Assembly: GCF_001194135.2 (NCBI RefSeq)
Contig: NC_068999.1
Location: forward strand, 40,859,930 to 40,912,066
Reading direction: 5' to 3'
DNA: 52,137 nucleotides
Origin: Octopus bimaculoides
Lineage: Eukaryota
Shown here piece by piece: positions 13,734 through 27,400 of this stretch. The translations under genes and the position numbers were made by a program. Each line of letters starts with the position of its first letter. The first letter of the stretch is position 1. The notes beneath the pieces are model-generated. The model had not been told where the DNA came from, ran no database searches, and was given only the letters and a program-made list of their open reading frames with translations.

Positions 13734-14659
13734 GTAATTCACTGTAATATTATCCATTTCGAGATCCGAGTTGTCATCCTTTAGACGTCCACAAATAGAA
13801 TTTAAAGCGAAGAAAAAGAAAGAAAAATATGTCTGCTGCTGTTCCAACTCCAGATGATATTCGTCTGTTTACACAGTAAATCTATTTTTCATAGTTTTCT
13901 TATATACAACTGTTCCAGAACTTTCTAAACTTAGCAAAATGACGTGCAAAGGCAAAATAACATTGATTGGATTTCTTTGTTCACTTGTTGTGAGCTTTGT
14001 GTATTTTTTAGTGTTTTACTTTTAATATTTGATTCTTTCGAGGGTTTTTGTTATTGTTTTTTTTTATCTTTTCGATTCTTCGCTTTTTCTCTTCATCTAA
14101 TCGTCCTGCTGAGTTTCCATAAAAGGAGGGGGAAAAATTCAATCAACTGTTCAGTACAATCTTTCTAATCGCAGCAAAACATCCTGCTCTTGTCCAAAAA
14201 TGTTAGGTCAACAAAGTATTGAAAACAAACAAATAATAATAATAATAATAATANNNNNNNNNNNNNNNNNNNNNNNNNNNNNNNNNNNNNNNNNNNNNNN
14301 NNNNNNNNNNNNNNNNNNNNNNNNNNNNNNNNNNNNNNNNNNNNNNNNNNNNNNNNNNNNNNNNNNNNNNNNNNNNNNNNNNNNNNNNNNNNNNNNNNNN
14401 NNNNNNNNNNNNNNNNNNNNNNNNNNNNNNNNNNNNNNNNNNNNNNNNNNNNNNNNNNNNNNNNNNNNNNNNNNNNNNNNNNNNNNNNNNNNNNNNNNNN
14501 NNNNNNNNNNNNNNNNNNNNNNNNNNNNNNNNNNNNNNNNNNNNNNNNNNNNNNNNNNNNNNNNNNNNNNNNNNNNNNNNNNNTTGGGAATGTTTTAAGC
14601 TTCCCTTAATTCATTTGGAATAATAGCTCTATGGCTATACTCGCCCAGTTTTCTTCGCA

Positions 14660-14750
14660 TGTCGTGCGATGGAATTCACGTGGTGAGATTTATTCGGGAT
14701 CACGGATAACTACACAACACCAATCAGGCCACCGACAAGTGCCAATCCTT
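14660..14750. promoter_or_regulatory. Possible promoter-like patch (E-box plus two CCAAT boxes)
   Basis: CACGTG 14677-14682, CCAAT 14720-14724 and 14742-14746, locally CpG-rich; motif presence only. Confidence 0.2.
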
Positions 14751-14819
14751 TCACTTACTGCTTAAACTAAACTTTCAAGTCTGTTTTGGAGAAATAATAA
14801 AGATAGAAGGCAAAATGTT

Positions 14820-14979
14820 GGGGGCAGGGGACTACATTGACCCCAGTATTTCACTGGTACTTAATTTATTGAGTCTGAATGGATGAAAAGCCAAGTCGAC
14901 CCTGACGGAATTTGATGTCAGAACGTCAAGGCGGATGAAATACCTGTAAGCATTTTGCCCGGCGTGCTAAAGATTCCGT

Positions 14980-14982
<3 letters not shown>
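14820..14982 (-). mobile_element. SINE family A
   Basis: ccccagtatttcactggtacttaatttat...ggatgaaaagccaagtcgacc...gcattttgcccggcgtgctaa, shared with the copies at 17020, 17305, 21018 and 46062. Confidence 0.85.
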
Positions 14983-15019
<37 letters not shown>

Positions 15020-15029
15020 GTTTCAAATT

Positions 15030-15145
15030 TTAGTATAAGCCCAATTCCGGGAGAAGGGGAAAGTCGATTACATCGAAGCCAATGTGCAACTGGGACGTAT
15101 TTTGACAACGAAAGGATGAACAGCAAAGTTGACCTCAGCAGAACT
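15030..15145 (-). mobile_element. SINE family A, 3' fragment
   Basis: agtcgattacatcgaagcc...gaaaggatgaacagcaaagttgacctcagc, adjacent to (AAT)n. Confidence 0.7.
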
Positions 15146-16803
15146 AGAAATAATAATAAACTTCCATTAGTCAGATCTGTGGAATCTGTTTCATTACTTG
15201 TTCGTTGTTTTCGAGAGGAAGTTGCTCGCGTTACTCTAAGCAAAGTTGAGGAGAATCCTGTATAGCAGAGTTCAGTGGTGTGCACAAATTCAAAGCAGAG
15301 GAGTATTGAATTTAGGGTAATAGGACGTACTGCGATGATGATGATGATGCTAGTGGTGATAGTGATTGTGATAGAATAAGTGTATGGTGATGATGATGAT
15401 AACTCTGACCATGATGATGATTATCATCATAATGTTCATCCAACGGCCATCATCTGAAACTCCAGAGCATTACTCGAAATGGATTTATTACCAGCTTTGA
15501 ATGATATAATTTGAAAGAAAGTTATATAAATATTAAGAACAGAAATCAGATACTACTACAACTAATACTATACTAATAATAATAATGATAATAATAATAG
15601 CAGGAATAATAGTAAGATTAATAGTAAAGAGGAGAATCAAACAGAAATAATGAAATGAATTATAAGAAAGCAAGAAATAAATAAGAGGGAAAGTAAATGA
15701 TGTAAAGAAAGAAAGAAAAAGAAAAGGAATGTGTGCATGAAAGAAATTATGAAGTAAATAAACAAATGAACAAAGAGTGAAAGAAAAAAAGAAAGAAAGG
15801 TGAGCAGAAAGAGTAAGTTTGGTCACGGTGTATTTATTTCCACTTTGATGTATCAACCAGGTGGAAAATTTGGATAGAAATAACTGGCAGCAAGACCGAT
15901 TCTTATCTAAAATTTCTATTCGGAATAAGCAAGCATGACACATGTCTCGCTTTTCTAATTCCTCTAGCTGGGGAGATTTGATAAAACATTACTATATCAA
16001 GACTAAAATGGCGGATCGCTATATATATATATATATATACATATATATATGTATGTATGTATATATCCTTCTCGTCCCACCCTTTCAGTAACAATGTCTC
16101 TTTTGCTTGTTATGTTGAATCTATTTGGAAATCGAAGTCTCGCTTGTAGAAACTTAATGTTTTGCTTGATGCCTCGGTGTGCAACATTGATGATGATGTA
16201 ATGTTGTATTAATAGAGGCAAAGAGTAGGAAAACCGAGTCATATAAATTATATANNNNNNNNNNNNNNNNNNNNNNNNNNNNNNNNNNNNNNNNNNNNNN
16301 NNNNNNNNNNNNNNNNNNNNNNNNNNNNNNNNNNNNNNNNNNNNNNNNNNNAAGGGTATTAAAGATATAGAGACAGGAGAGGGGAGGAGAAGACAGATCG
16401 AGGAGAAAGAGACAAATACAGTATATGCTTCTGTATTTGTAATATTGATAAGAAAATTATGTAGTTATTGATAGCGATAAAAAAATAGAAGAAAATTGAA
16501 GCAGACGGAGATAAATAAAAGTTAGCAGAAGTAGCTCCGTATTTACGTCTGTGTAGAAGAAGAAAAGAAAAAAAACAGCGGCTGAGATATAAACAAACAA
16601 ATATATAAAGGGGAATGAAATATATGGATAGCAAAAGACAGCTGCGGAGAGAGGAAACGTGATATTAACCTTCAGAGAACGACAGACAGACATACAGACA
16701 GAGATATAGACTGAAAGGAAATTAATACATTACAGAAGTCATAATGATAAGTGTGTGTATTTAGAACTTTGCTATGTCTATTTGATTTCTTTTCTACCAG
16801 CTT

Positions 16804-16838
16804 TTCTCTGACGAAGAACTCTGTCCGAGACGTTGGGG
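16804..16838 (+). other. Decayed minimal hammerhead-like relic
   Basis: CTGACGA-A-GAACtctGTCC-GAGA-CGTT-GGGG; GAAA is changed to GAGA and helix II has one mismatch. Confidence 0.3.
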
Positions 16839-17019
16839 TTTCCCATAGCTCATGGCAAGTATACGATACACTTTAATGAATAATACAATTATCTCAAACG
16901 CACGCCAACAATAGTCTCTACGATTAGATAGATATATAAATACATATATAGATCGCAAAGCAATTTTTCCGATGATTGAACGGTTCTGTCAAACCACAGC
17001 AAAATAATAATGATGATCT

Positions 17020-17201
17020 TCTATTCTAGGTACACGGCCTGAAATTTTACGGAGGGCGATTAGTCATTACATCGAACCCAGTACTAAAGGATGAAAAGTA
17101 AAGGTGACCTCAGCGCAATTTGCACTAAGAACTTAAAACCGGAAGAAATAGTCCTTAGCATTGTGCTCGGCGTGCTAACGATGGTGCCAGCTCGCCGCCC
17201 T
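17020..17201 (-). mobile_element. SINE family A (internally deleted copy)
   Basis: ggtacacggcctgaaatttt...gcattgtgctcggcgtgctaacgatggtgccagctcgccgccc; lacks ~25 nt present in the neighbouring copy. Confidence 0.85.
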
Positions 17202-17271
17202 ACACTCTATAATAATAATGATAATTATTGTAGTAACGAAAGTATTAATAATAATAGTAAAAGCAATCGTG

Positions 17272-17274
<3 letters not shown>

Positions 17275-17307
<33 letters not shown>

Positions 17308-17516
17308 CCTTTCTACTATAGGTACAAGGGTTGGAATTTTGGGGGAGGGAGCTTGTCGATTACATCGACATCAGTACACAATTGGTACTTAATTTATCGA
17401 CCCTGAAAGGATGAAAGGCAAAGTCGAGCACGGTGGAATTTGAACTCAGAACGTAGCTGCAGACGAAATACCGCTAGGTATTTTGCCCGGCGTCCTATCG
17501 TTTCTGCCAGCTCACC
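17275..17516 (-). mobile_element. SINE family A, full length with (ATT)n tail
   Basis: (aat)n-cctttctactataggtacaagg...aaaggatgaaaggcaaagtcga...gaactcagaacgtag...tgccagctcacc. Confidence 0.9.
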
Positions 17517-18499
17517 AACGTACATCCCATAGTAACAATGATAATAGTTGTAGTAACAGAAGTTTTACTATTAATAATAGTAGTAAAACCAATCGTAGCT
17601 AATAATAATGATATTAATAATAATAATTGCCTAAAGGAAACTTTATCCGTATATGTGAGGTAAAACAGGTAAAATTAAATGAAATAAATGGTGCATTTTA
17701 CAATTCTTTGAGCCATTTGTCAAATTATATGTTGTTGGCTTTAGGAAGCATCGGAGTTAAAATTACGTAACTTAATGGCTTCCACCACGTCGATTTGCAC
17801 ATTGCTTTCATTTTATGTTTATGGTGAGGGGACAGACTACAAAATTAAATTTATATTTTTAACTCCAGTTTATTTTGCTTTCTTATACGTTTCTGATACT
17901 ACGGGATCTCCAATCGAAATATTTTTTTTCTTTCCTTCTTAGCAATAAAATCACTTAATAGTTCACCGTATTTTGTACACACACTCACACATCATCCATA
18001 GATTTATACACACAGTTATATATCGATAAATATGTGTTTATGTATGTATGTATGTATGTATGTATGTATGTATATTGCAATCTAAATCAAGTTTCAATTT
18101 TATATTCCACGTTCACTTTATCGCAATATGTATATAACATGAAAAATTAAAGAGGGAAAAAGACACTATGGACTTTTTCCTTATTATTTATTTGACTGAA
18201 GTTAAACATTTCTCAAAATAACTGTGAATAGGACCCGAAATTTAACATTTTACGGCCTTTTTAACCTTCTTTCCTATTTTTTGTTTTCTTTAACACATTT
18301 ACTCTATAAAAAGTCAAAATTGCTATTAACTTAGATATTCACATATTTTTTACATAAAGTTTAAAAACTATTTTCATTTTGTTCTCTCACCCTAGTGTAG
18401 AAAACACCGGGGATACACAAACATGTGTGTTTGTGCGTGTATATATGCATTTGTACACATATATGTATGTATATTTAATGTGTATGCATACATACATAC

Positions 18500-18533
<34 letters not shown>

Positions 18534-18716
18534 GTGTGTGTATGCATGTGTCTATCAATTTATATATAGAAATGTGTGCGTGTTTGTGTGTGTATATACA
18601 TGTGTATCTATGTATGTGTGTGGATGCCTATGTGCGTGTGTATTTATCTCTATATCTATATATTATTATATATGTATTTATATACAAAGATATGTATCTC
18701 TTACTCTCTCTTTTTC

Positions 18717-18758
<42 letters not shown>

Positions 18759-20328
18759 ATTGCTGGAACTTTTGGTTATTTTAAGTTTTTACTATAGTTA
18801 TTATTAGCAGTATATCAGAGTTTTATTTTCAGCGGTTGCCTTATTTTATATATATTTTTCACATCCTTTTAGCCTTCTTGCACTTAATTTTCTTTTACCT
18901 TTGCCGTTTTCCGCTCATAAAATATTGTCCACACAAGAACAGAAATAACATGGGAAGATTTAGTACATATATGCTATCTGAAATCTAAGATAAAGGTTTA
19001 AGTTTTTATTTTGTAAATATTTTTCTCGTTAGATTAATCTTTTATGTGATTGAGAAACGAGTAACGTAAATGATTAGAACGTAAAGGATTAAAAGAGATT
19101 CATGCATATATCAGTGGTAAAATTAAATAAGTATATTTATATTTGTAGCGTTAGGCTATGGAGGAAAATGTTCGCCAGTATTTAATAGTGGGTGTGGCTT
19201 GTGTGGCTGAGAAAAACATTCCCTGAATAACAAGTGACGGGATTTAGTGTTGTGTATGTAGAGGCACCCACATCTTCCCATTCATGAGCATATAAGAAAT
19301 ATATATGTGCACGTGTGTAAATGTGAAAGAAAATAAGTGCACGTTGNNNNNNNNNNNNNNNNNNNNNNNNNNNNNNNNNNNNNNNNNNNNNNNNNNNNNN
19401 NNNNNNNNNNNNNNNNNNNNNNNNNNNNNNNNNNNNNNNNNNNNNNNNNNNNNNNNNNNNNNNNNNNNNNNNNNNNNNNNNNNNNNNNNNNNNNNNNNNN
19501 NNNNNNNNNNNNNNGCAGTATATATGTAGTAGTAAAGTTATTCATTCGCTTAAATGTAAAATTCTCATCCTTATTGATCCTCCTCAGAGGAGTAGAATCT
19601 GCTGTGTCGGCAAGAATGAGAATATTGGGAAGTAGTGACGATGATCTTGAAGAAACGCCTGGGAAATGGTTTCTCTCTTTCTCTTTCTTTCTCTCCCCTC
19701 TCTCTCTCTCTCTCTCTCTCCGTATACGTGTGAGATGGCAGAACTGAACAATGTACTTTGCACCATCTTTTTTTTTTTTTAAAGTTCGCACCACGTTTAT
19801 TTCAACTCTTTCAGTTTTTTCGTTCTTCGGAAACCGATGTAATATTTATGACGTCTCTATACAGAGATTAGGACAGGGTGGTCGTCAGTGAAGAAGGCCA
19901 AATTAAGCAAAATAACAAGATTAATCTTATATGCACCTTTATATCTGATTCTTTTGTCATCAACACTGAGCGTTTACTATTTTTAATATTGTATATTTAC
20001 ACCCCACATTATTTAATAATTTAGTAATTACTATATATTAGTCGACATCGTGTTTTGTTGGCTAACCTCAATATTGCCTATTATTGATCGAAATTGTAGG
20101 TTATTAACTATTTGCAAGACAGTAATCATCCATAAGAAAAATCTTAATTTTATGGTGCTTTTTTATCGGATGAAAAAGTTATTGTACTTTTTCTCTTAGA
20201 TATGAAAAGAAAGGCAAAAAACTGATTATCGGAATGTTATGTAATAAGTTGACTAATATTGTGTCTTTACAAAGGTCACACCTGTCGTTTGTTTACCATC
20301 GGCGGTCATGTTTGCGATTATTTTTCAG

Positions 20329-20373
20329 GCAGATATTTCAAAATTTGATGCTGATGTCACATATATAATATCA
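20329..20373 (+). CDS. Weak candidate exon (ADISKFDADVTYIIS)
   Basis: tttttcag|...|gtaaga with strong splice sites; 45 nt; open only in phase 0; no homologue recognised. Confidence 0.2.
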
Positions 20374-20579
20374 GTAAGATCAAAAGAGATACAATAGAGA
20401 GATGAATAATTTTCTCTTTGAACAACCACCAAATATTAGTACAATGATTATGGGAACTTATGAAGCAACAACCAATAACTAAGAAAAGGTTCATTTAATT
20501 ACATGGCGGTTCTTTTGGAGAGAGTACATAGAAATTAATGCAATAATCAAACGGTTTCGCTTTAGTGATTTTTACTTAG

Positions 20580-20753
20580 TTAAAGAAATATGCGCACGAC
20601 CTTCCTGAGTGCCTTCACGAATGGTGCGAGGAGGAAGAAAATTGTTTCTTTCTTCAAAAAGTCAAAAGTCTGAACTGCGTATATACAACAAAATGTACCT
20701 CGATAGAAGTACCCGATAGTGAGGCGTGGGTATTCAACCGGCTAATGGATTAA
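20580..20753 (+). CDS. Weak candidate terminal exon (LKKYAHDLPECLHEWCEEEENCFFLQKVKSLNCVYTTKCTSIEVPDSEAWVFNRLMD*)
   Basis: tttttacttag acceptor, 57 open codons, phase-compatible with 20329-20373; no homologue recognised. Confidence 0.15.
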   Translation, partial: LKKYAHDLPECLHEWCEEEENCFFLQKVKSLNCVYTTKCTSIEVPDSEAWVFNRLMD

Positions 20754-21017
20754 GAGTATTTAAGGAGACGAATTTTCTCTGTGTCAATTTTACAATATCT
20801 GTCAACCAAATGTCTGGGGAGTGTTAAGATAACAAAATTATGGTAAAACACGAATCCTGCTCAAGTTGCCATACACTGATATTGAAGCAAAAACTATGAC
20901 CTTGCGAACGTCTTAATTACACAGCTTGTAATACTTAAAGATCTGTCTTAAAGGTGGTGAATTCCGTGGACATCCCCCCCCCCCAAGAAACGAGATAAAA
21001 GAGAAATAGATTATTTT

Positions 21018-21226
21018 CTACTCTAGGAACAAGGCCCGAAATTTGGGGGAAAGTAGCCAGTCGATTAGATCGACCCCAGCACGCCACTGGTACTTAATTT
21101 ATCAACTCCGAAAGGATGAAAGGCACAGTCGACCTCGGCGAGATTTGAACTAAGAACGTAAAGACAGATGAAATACCGCTAAGCATTTTGCCTGGTGTGC
21201 TAACATTTCTGCCAACTCGCCGCCTA
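21018..21226 (-). mobile_element. SINE family A, full length
   Basis: ggaacaaggcccgaaatttggggg...gaaaggatgaaaggcacagtcgacctcggcg...aagcattttgcctggtgtgctaac...ctcgccgcct. Confidence 0.92.
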
Positions 21227-22804
21227 AAATAGATAAATATATTCGTTTTGTTTCTTTTTTCTTTTCTTTTTATTTTTACAAAAACTTTTTGACTGAGGCT
21301 TCAAGTTGAGTCTCTTGTAGAAGGAAACAACAAAAATTGTTGACAAAGATGCAAACTAACATAATGCTTTATACATTTTCAGTATTGCAATTTCACGTAC
21401 AAAGACAAACTATATCACGTTGTATAGAGAGGGAATTCAAAACTGGATAAGCAATAAATAATGTCAAAGTCAAGTCTTAAAAATATTAAATACAAGGCGT
21501 TAAAACGTGCTCCGGCAATTCAAAATGTTGTTGGCTTTATCAATGATTAACCATGGTCAACCCTGTTGGAGTGAATCTATCAAATACCAACAGCGTTCCG
21601 GTTGTGAATATTCCGACTGTTAAAAGTACATTGATTTGCAGTATCCAACGTAACCTTTCTTTAAAACAAAGGTTGTGAGTTAAAGATATCGCTGATATTT
21701 CTAGCAAGAAAGATCCAGTAGTGGCCATCTTGATGGTCTGTGTACAGTTGTACGATTACACCTAAAGTACATTAACGTCTTCTCTTCTTTACTGACATTT
21801 CTGTTTTAATGATAATCGCCAAATATCTTTTATGGAAGAGAAGTAATGCCAGAGCATAGAGGCATTAAAATCACGGTGCCACCACCATCTCTTTTTGGCT
21901 GCTGATGATTCAGAAAAACAAATTGAATGAAAGTTAGCAATAACATCTCAATAATCACCAACACCAATCATATGCCGCCTGCCATTGATGTATCAATAAT
22001 TCAATGACAAGCAAGAACACATAGCAGAAGAAACTTTTAAAATCTTGGAGAAATAATGTAACAATCTATTTTCGTATTCTATACTGAATCAACAAAATAG
22101 AGTGAATCTAATAGACTGACAATTTATTTCAATTTATGATTTCCTGATATTTCTACAAACACAATATCTTCGTTCTCAGTATATTTTTCTCTATGAATAT
22201 CACCATTAAAACACTTCATGTTAAATGTTACGACACAAACGCCATTTTGAAATGTGATTGAAACTTCTTTGATAGAATTGCGAGGAACCAATGTGAAATT
22301 GAAAGATCTACACAACCCGTCCGTAAATTTATAATAATACAAACCCATACATTCTCACACATATATTAAGTTCTATATACAGGTGTGTATAAAGATAAAA
22401 CATTTATAATACATAATGCCTACATACGAAATTCATATAATTTATCTTTGCACACACTTTCACATGTTATATAACGAACATAAACACAATATTTATATGT
22501 AATAGTGTAGACGTGCAAATAAATCAATTTGTGCGTATGGCATGGGTGTAGAGCTATAACAATCTCAGCGAATAATGTAGAATGGGTCGGAAAAGGAAAA
22601 TATTTATTGCTTTGGTGTATTGCTAGTAACTATCACATTTTATATATTATCAAACCAAATTCAACAAGTACAATAATATGTTACATCTTTTCTAAATATA
22701 TTAGATTAGTTGTAGATAGAGAAGCATAAATATTCCTGATTGTGCAGCAGCACTAAGCACTTCTACATACATACTATGTTAGATATTCGAAACCATTTTG
22801 GACA

Positions 22805-22842
<38 letters not shown>

Positions 22843-23412
22843 GGTGTAAGCAAATACGTATAGACATGCAAAACACCGTTTGGGTTTATAAACAAGTAAT
22901 AAAAGTACTGTATACAACATAAAATAGGATATTCGTGTATTCACGTGTGTGAAATGAATGTATGTATCTGTAACAAACGTTCGTTATGTGAGTAGCGGTC
23001 AAGTAAATCTGTTGAATGATATGACAGAATATACTTTATTCCTATATACATGCACTGGAAGGCATTCCAGACAATATCCGGAAACAGTATCAGGCTAAAA
23101 GAGAACACTTACGTTTGATTATACAGTGATTTGCCTGCTGGTTTCATTCACTTTAAATAGAAGGAATATATCTTCCCGGTTAGTGTATAGATATATCCAA
23201 ACATACATATGCATGAGTGTGTGTGTGTGTGTTTAATGGTTTTAGTGCATTGGCACTTAAGCATGCTTGATAAGTGCAAATGAAAGTCTGGACTCGTGAG
23301 TCATTTGTACCTTATGTCGATTAAATGAAATATATACACACACAAAACACTAGAACAGGATCGAATTAGAAAGTTGTTCTATATAGTCTGGTTGGTAAGT
23401 AGCCTAATATAG

Positions 23413-23466
<54 letters not shown>

Positions 23467-24143
23467 CAGAGAGAATGTTATTTGGGGGAGGTTCGGCTGT
23501 ACTGCCATATCTACCCTCCACGTAGAATTGATTCTCGTTGGTTCGTGTTTATACGTACATATATACATGCATATGAGCGAGAGCTGGCTGCCAATTCTAC
23601 CTCGTCGAGGTATCTTGTAGAGACTTTTTCGAATGCTGCCTAGTGATACTCTGGCACATTTTATTTTGAGACCATTTTACAATGCAATACCGGAAGACAC
23701 TTCGTGATGCGTTTATTAGTTTCATTGATTATTCCTCATATCATCTGCAGTTGAACTACAGACAGTCTGTGCGTGTATTCACAAAATATATAGCAGTTCT
23801 TGACATCCTGAACTGTCGCTACATAAATCTGTATAGAACAGGAAAAGAACATATTAGTCGCTGTATATATTATCGTGACTAAATAACTGTCCCTGAAGGT
23901 TAATAATAAAGTTTTAGTATGCTCTACTGAAAGAATATAAAAGATAGGAATGACAAAATATATAATAACGGGAGCAATAGACTAGATAGTTGCACGTGAA
24001 GCAAACCCATAATATTTTAAATCATTATTACACACACACACACACACACAGGTTTACAATTGTACAAATAAAATTAAGAGTAAATGCAAAATAAAGATGA
24101 TGTAGTAGATATTTCCCGTATAAATATACGCTCAAACCTTATG

Positions 24144-24197
<54 letters not shown>

Positions 24198-24418
24198 TGT
24201 CTGTGTATGTGGTCTGTGTCTGTGTGTGCGTATATGTATATATGAGAGGGACACACACACACACACACAAAGAAACAAACAAATATTAAAAGATGTTCAA
24301 TTCACTGTTCATAACGATAATAGTTATAAGATAGCACCACGCCTTATCCGTAAAACAGCAGAACCTGCAGCGCTAATTTATCATCTCTGTATATGCCGCC
24401 TTAGAAATTGTTTGGCAA

Positions 24419-24466
<48 letters not shown>

Positions 24467-27400
24467 CATACTACTTCACGCAGTTTCAGAGTTTATTTGT
24501 TGTGATTTTCATTTCAAACAACGTATAATTCAACTGTGGCTATCATCGTTTATAGTACTTGTGGCCTGTTACAGCTCTGCAGGCATAAATACATAAACGC
24601 ACATAAGTATAGGCACATATATGGCTTTAAAGATTGTCTCGGTACTGTACGCCTTTATCATTGTTCATAAATGTATTGTGATAACCTATATAAATCACGT
24701 GCGTATATTTCAGTGTGTGTGTGTCTATCAGGCGAATATATTTAGGGCTGTCTTCAGTGGTTTTGTGTGAAATCCGTGTTATTTTATGCTTATATATCTT
24801 GAATGTCTGTGCTCGGCTATCTGAAACGATGCCACGCGCACCATCTATCTCTGTAGAAAAATATATGCACGTGCGCATATATACATCCAACCAGCCATCC
24901 CTCCATATAGATATATATATATATTCAATTGCACAAACATACACACTCACTATATGTAAATGTTTATCGATATACAAGTGTATCTGCTTGTATGTATACT
25001 CACAAATACACATGTGAATATTGATATGCAAACATGTACTCGTAGGTAACTATATACACATACATATATATGGAAAACAAAAGTATATACATATACAAAT
25101 TGGTCTATACATATGTGTATAAATACAATTATATTATTATATACACATAAGCATAGGGATATAAAACATAAACACAGAAGCTTCGTATGTGTATAAACTA
25201 AGTTAAAACGGGAAGGTGTTCCTATTCAATATAAAATTCGTGCTAGCCTCTTTTGCTATTTGAAGTTCTATGCAAATATTGGGTCAGAAATAGCGAATTC
25301 CTACAAGCAGGAATAATCTTGAACCCTGGGTCTCCAGCTTTGACTTATAAAACACCTCTGTCTCTCTCCTGTGTACACACACACCACACAAACACACACG
25401 CACACACACACATAAATATATATATATATATATATGCGCACACACGCGCCCGCACGGACACACACACGTACATGTATGTATATTTATGTATAATAAGAAT
25501 CAAAATTTCTTTACACTATACGATAGTACAGGGCATTGTAAATTGTATTGGAGGTGAACTTCAAAACCTGTAAATTATATAAGCTACATGAATATTTGTA
25601 TGTGTGTTGTTTGTAATGGACAGGAATGGAAAAAAAAGGGACTGTATATACAGTGTAGAGTATATAAAGATTTTCGTATGCTTTCGATGTCAATACTAGA
25701 GGTTTGTGTTTACAGACGCATTTACACACATTAACTCTATCTAGGAATCTTCATTCAGCAGTTGCTTCAACGATACACAACCACGAAGCTAATCTAACAA
25801 GTCTCTGGAAACACACACACGCACACACAGTGCGAGAGAGAGACGTGTATGTCTGAGTTTCTTTCAAGTGTAACTCATTTGCAGAATTCGAGGTGTCACT
25901 AACAACATAGCATTTTTGTTTTAAGACACTTCAATGGACACTCACACACACACACACACATGTATGTGTATTTTCAAACACACGAAGAGAGTGATTTATA
26001 CAGAAACCCAATAAGAATGAAATGATTCAGCCATTGATTAACTCTAAATTATATAATCTACATAAAATACTTTTGCTCTTTTCGTCTATTCTTCACAAAT
26101 GTGTATAGATATGTATACATATACACTCAGCTATATGTATTTATACAAGTAATGTTATATAACACATCACCGCAGTATTATGTAACACTACCTCTGGATA
26201 AGTAAATAAAATCTACTTTTACTTCAAACCCGTTACATTAAACACATGGCTATGTTGAACATTTAATCTTTTTTTGTGGAGGGCTTTTCATATTGGCTTA
26301 TTAGTCTTTTATATTGAGTTTGGAACAATACTTTACCCTAATACTTTAGTCCATTAATGTTTCAAGCTTAAGTATAGCACGCTTAGTTATTTTCACATTA
26401 TTTATGGGATTCTATTGTGAGAATGACTCTGCATTCGGCTTTTGTTAGGCTTCTCATTACTTGTGGTATTCTATATAACAATAACTATAGAAACTGTACT
26501 TATAACAACATAGGAGCCAATAAATCGATACAAAATAAATCATGAAATCTATCGGGACTTACACGATGTATATTTTTTTAATATGGCGATGATATTTCGA
26601 TCAATGGTAAAAGTATTTCCTATGGGACTTTGTGACATGCAGTAAAACGCACGAACAATACCGGCATTGTTGCCATCACTTCATTCTTGATGAAGAGACT
26701 GGGAAGGTTTAGATGTGATATTTAAATGTTGGATATACGGAAGCTTTTGTTGCGAACTAAACATAAAATTCTATTGAGGAAATATGAAGACACCTTAATG
26801 CTAAAAGATTAAACTTCAACCTAATACTCATTTCAATGCTATATATATATGCTAGCTACTTGATAAATTCTTATATTTATATATGCTGTATTAAATATAT
26901 GTGATATAGTAAGTATACGTTTAGCATAACACGCACGTTCACATACACACAAATATACATATATAATTATTAACAGGTAAAGATATAATACAATCAACAC
27001 CTGTATCTTAACTAGTATTTATATATTCCACGTTATTAAATACAATATATATCAGGTTTCGTTTAGGTATAGCGGTACAAATAACAATATATCAATACCA
27101 GTAATATACAGAGGTCGATTGAATTATACCATTTGCTTTTAATGATTATGCCTTGAGCCAACGAGAGAGATGGGGAGGGAGAGAGGGGGAGTGGAGAGAT
27201 GAAAACTGTATGTTGGCCAAACTGTTAGAAATAGGAAGCAAATCTTCTTTGAAGATGACAAACTGTAATTAGTGGGAGATCAAACACCCTGGATTAAGCA
27301 ATCAATGGTTACAGCATGTTTGAAAACTCCATGATAGGGTCTACGATGTTAATCGATCCGAGAGAAAGAGGAGTCAAATCTTATTTCAAACAGGTATGAC

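Noticed and set aside
24720-24765. Minus-strand CTGAAGA-CAGCC...GCCTGATA motif
   Set aside because: No GAAA, no closing helix II and no helix III
26561-26699. Minus-strand exon with cccag acceptor and gtaagt donor
   Set aside because: All three phases hit stops from the acceptor; only a short ATG-started tail (MSQSPIGNTFTIDRNIIAILKKYTS) is open, with no support
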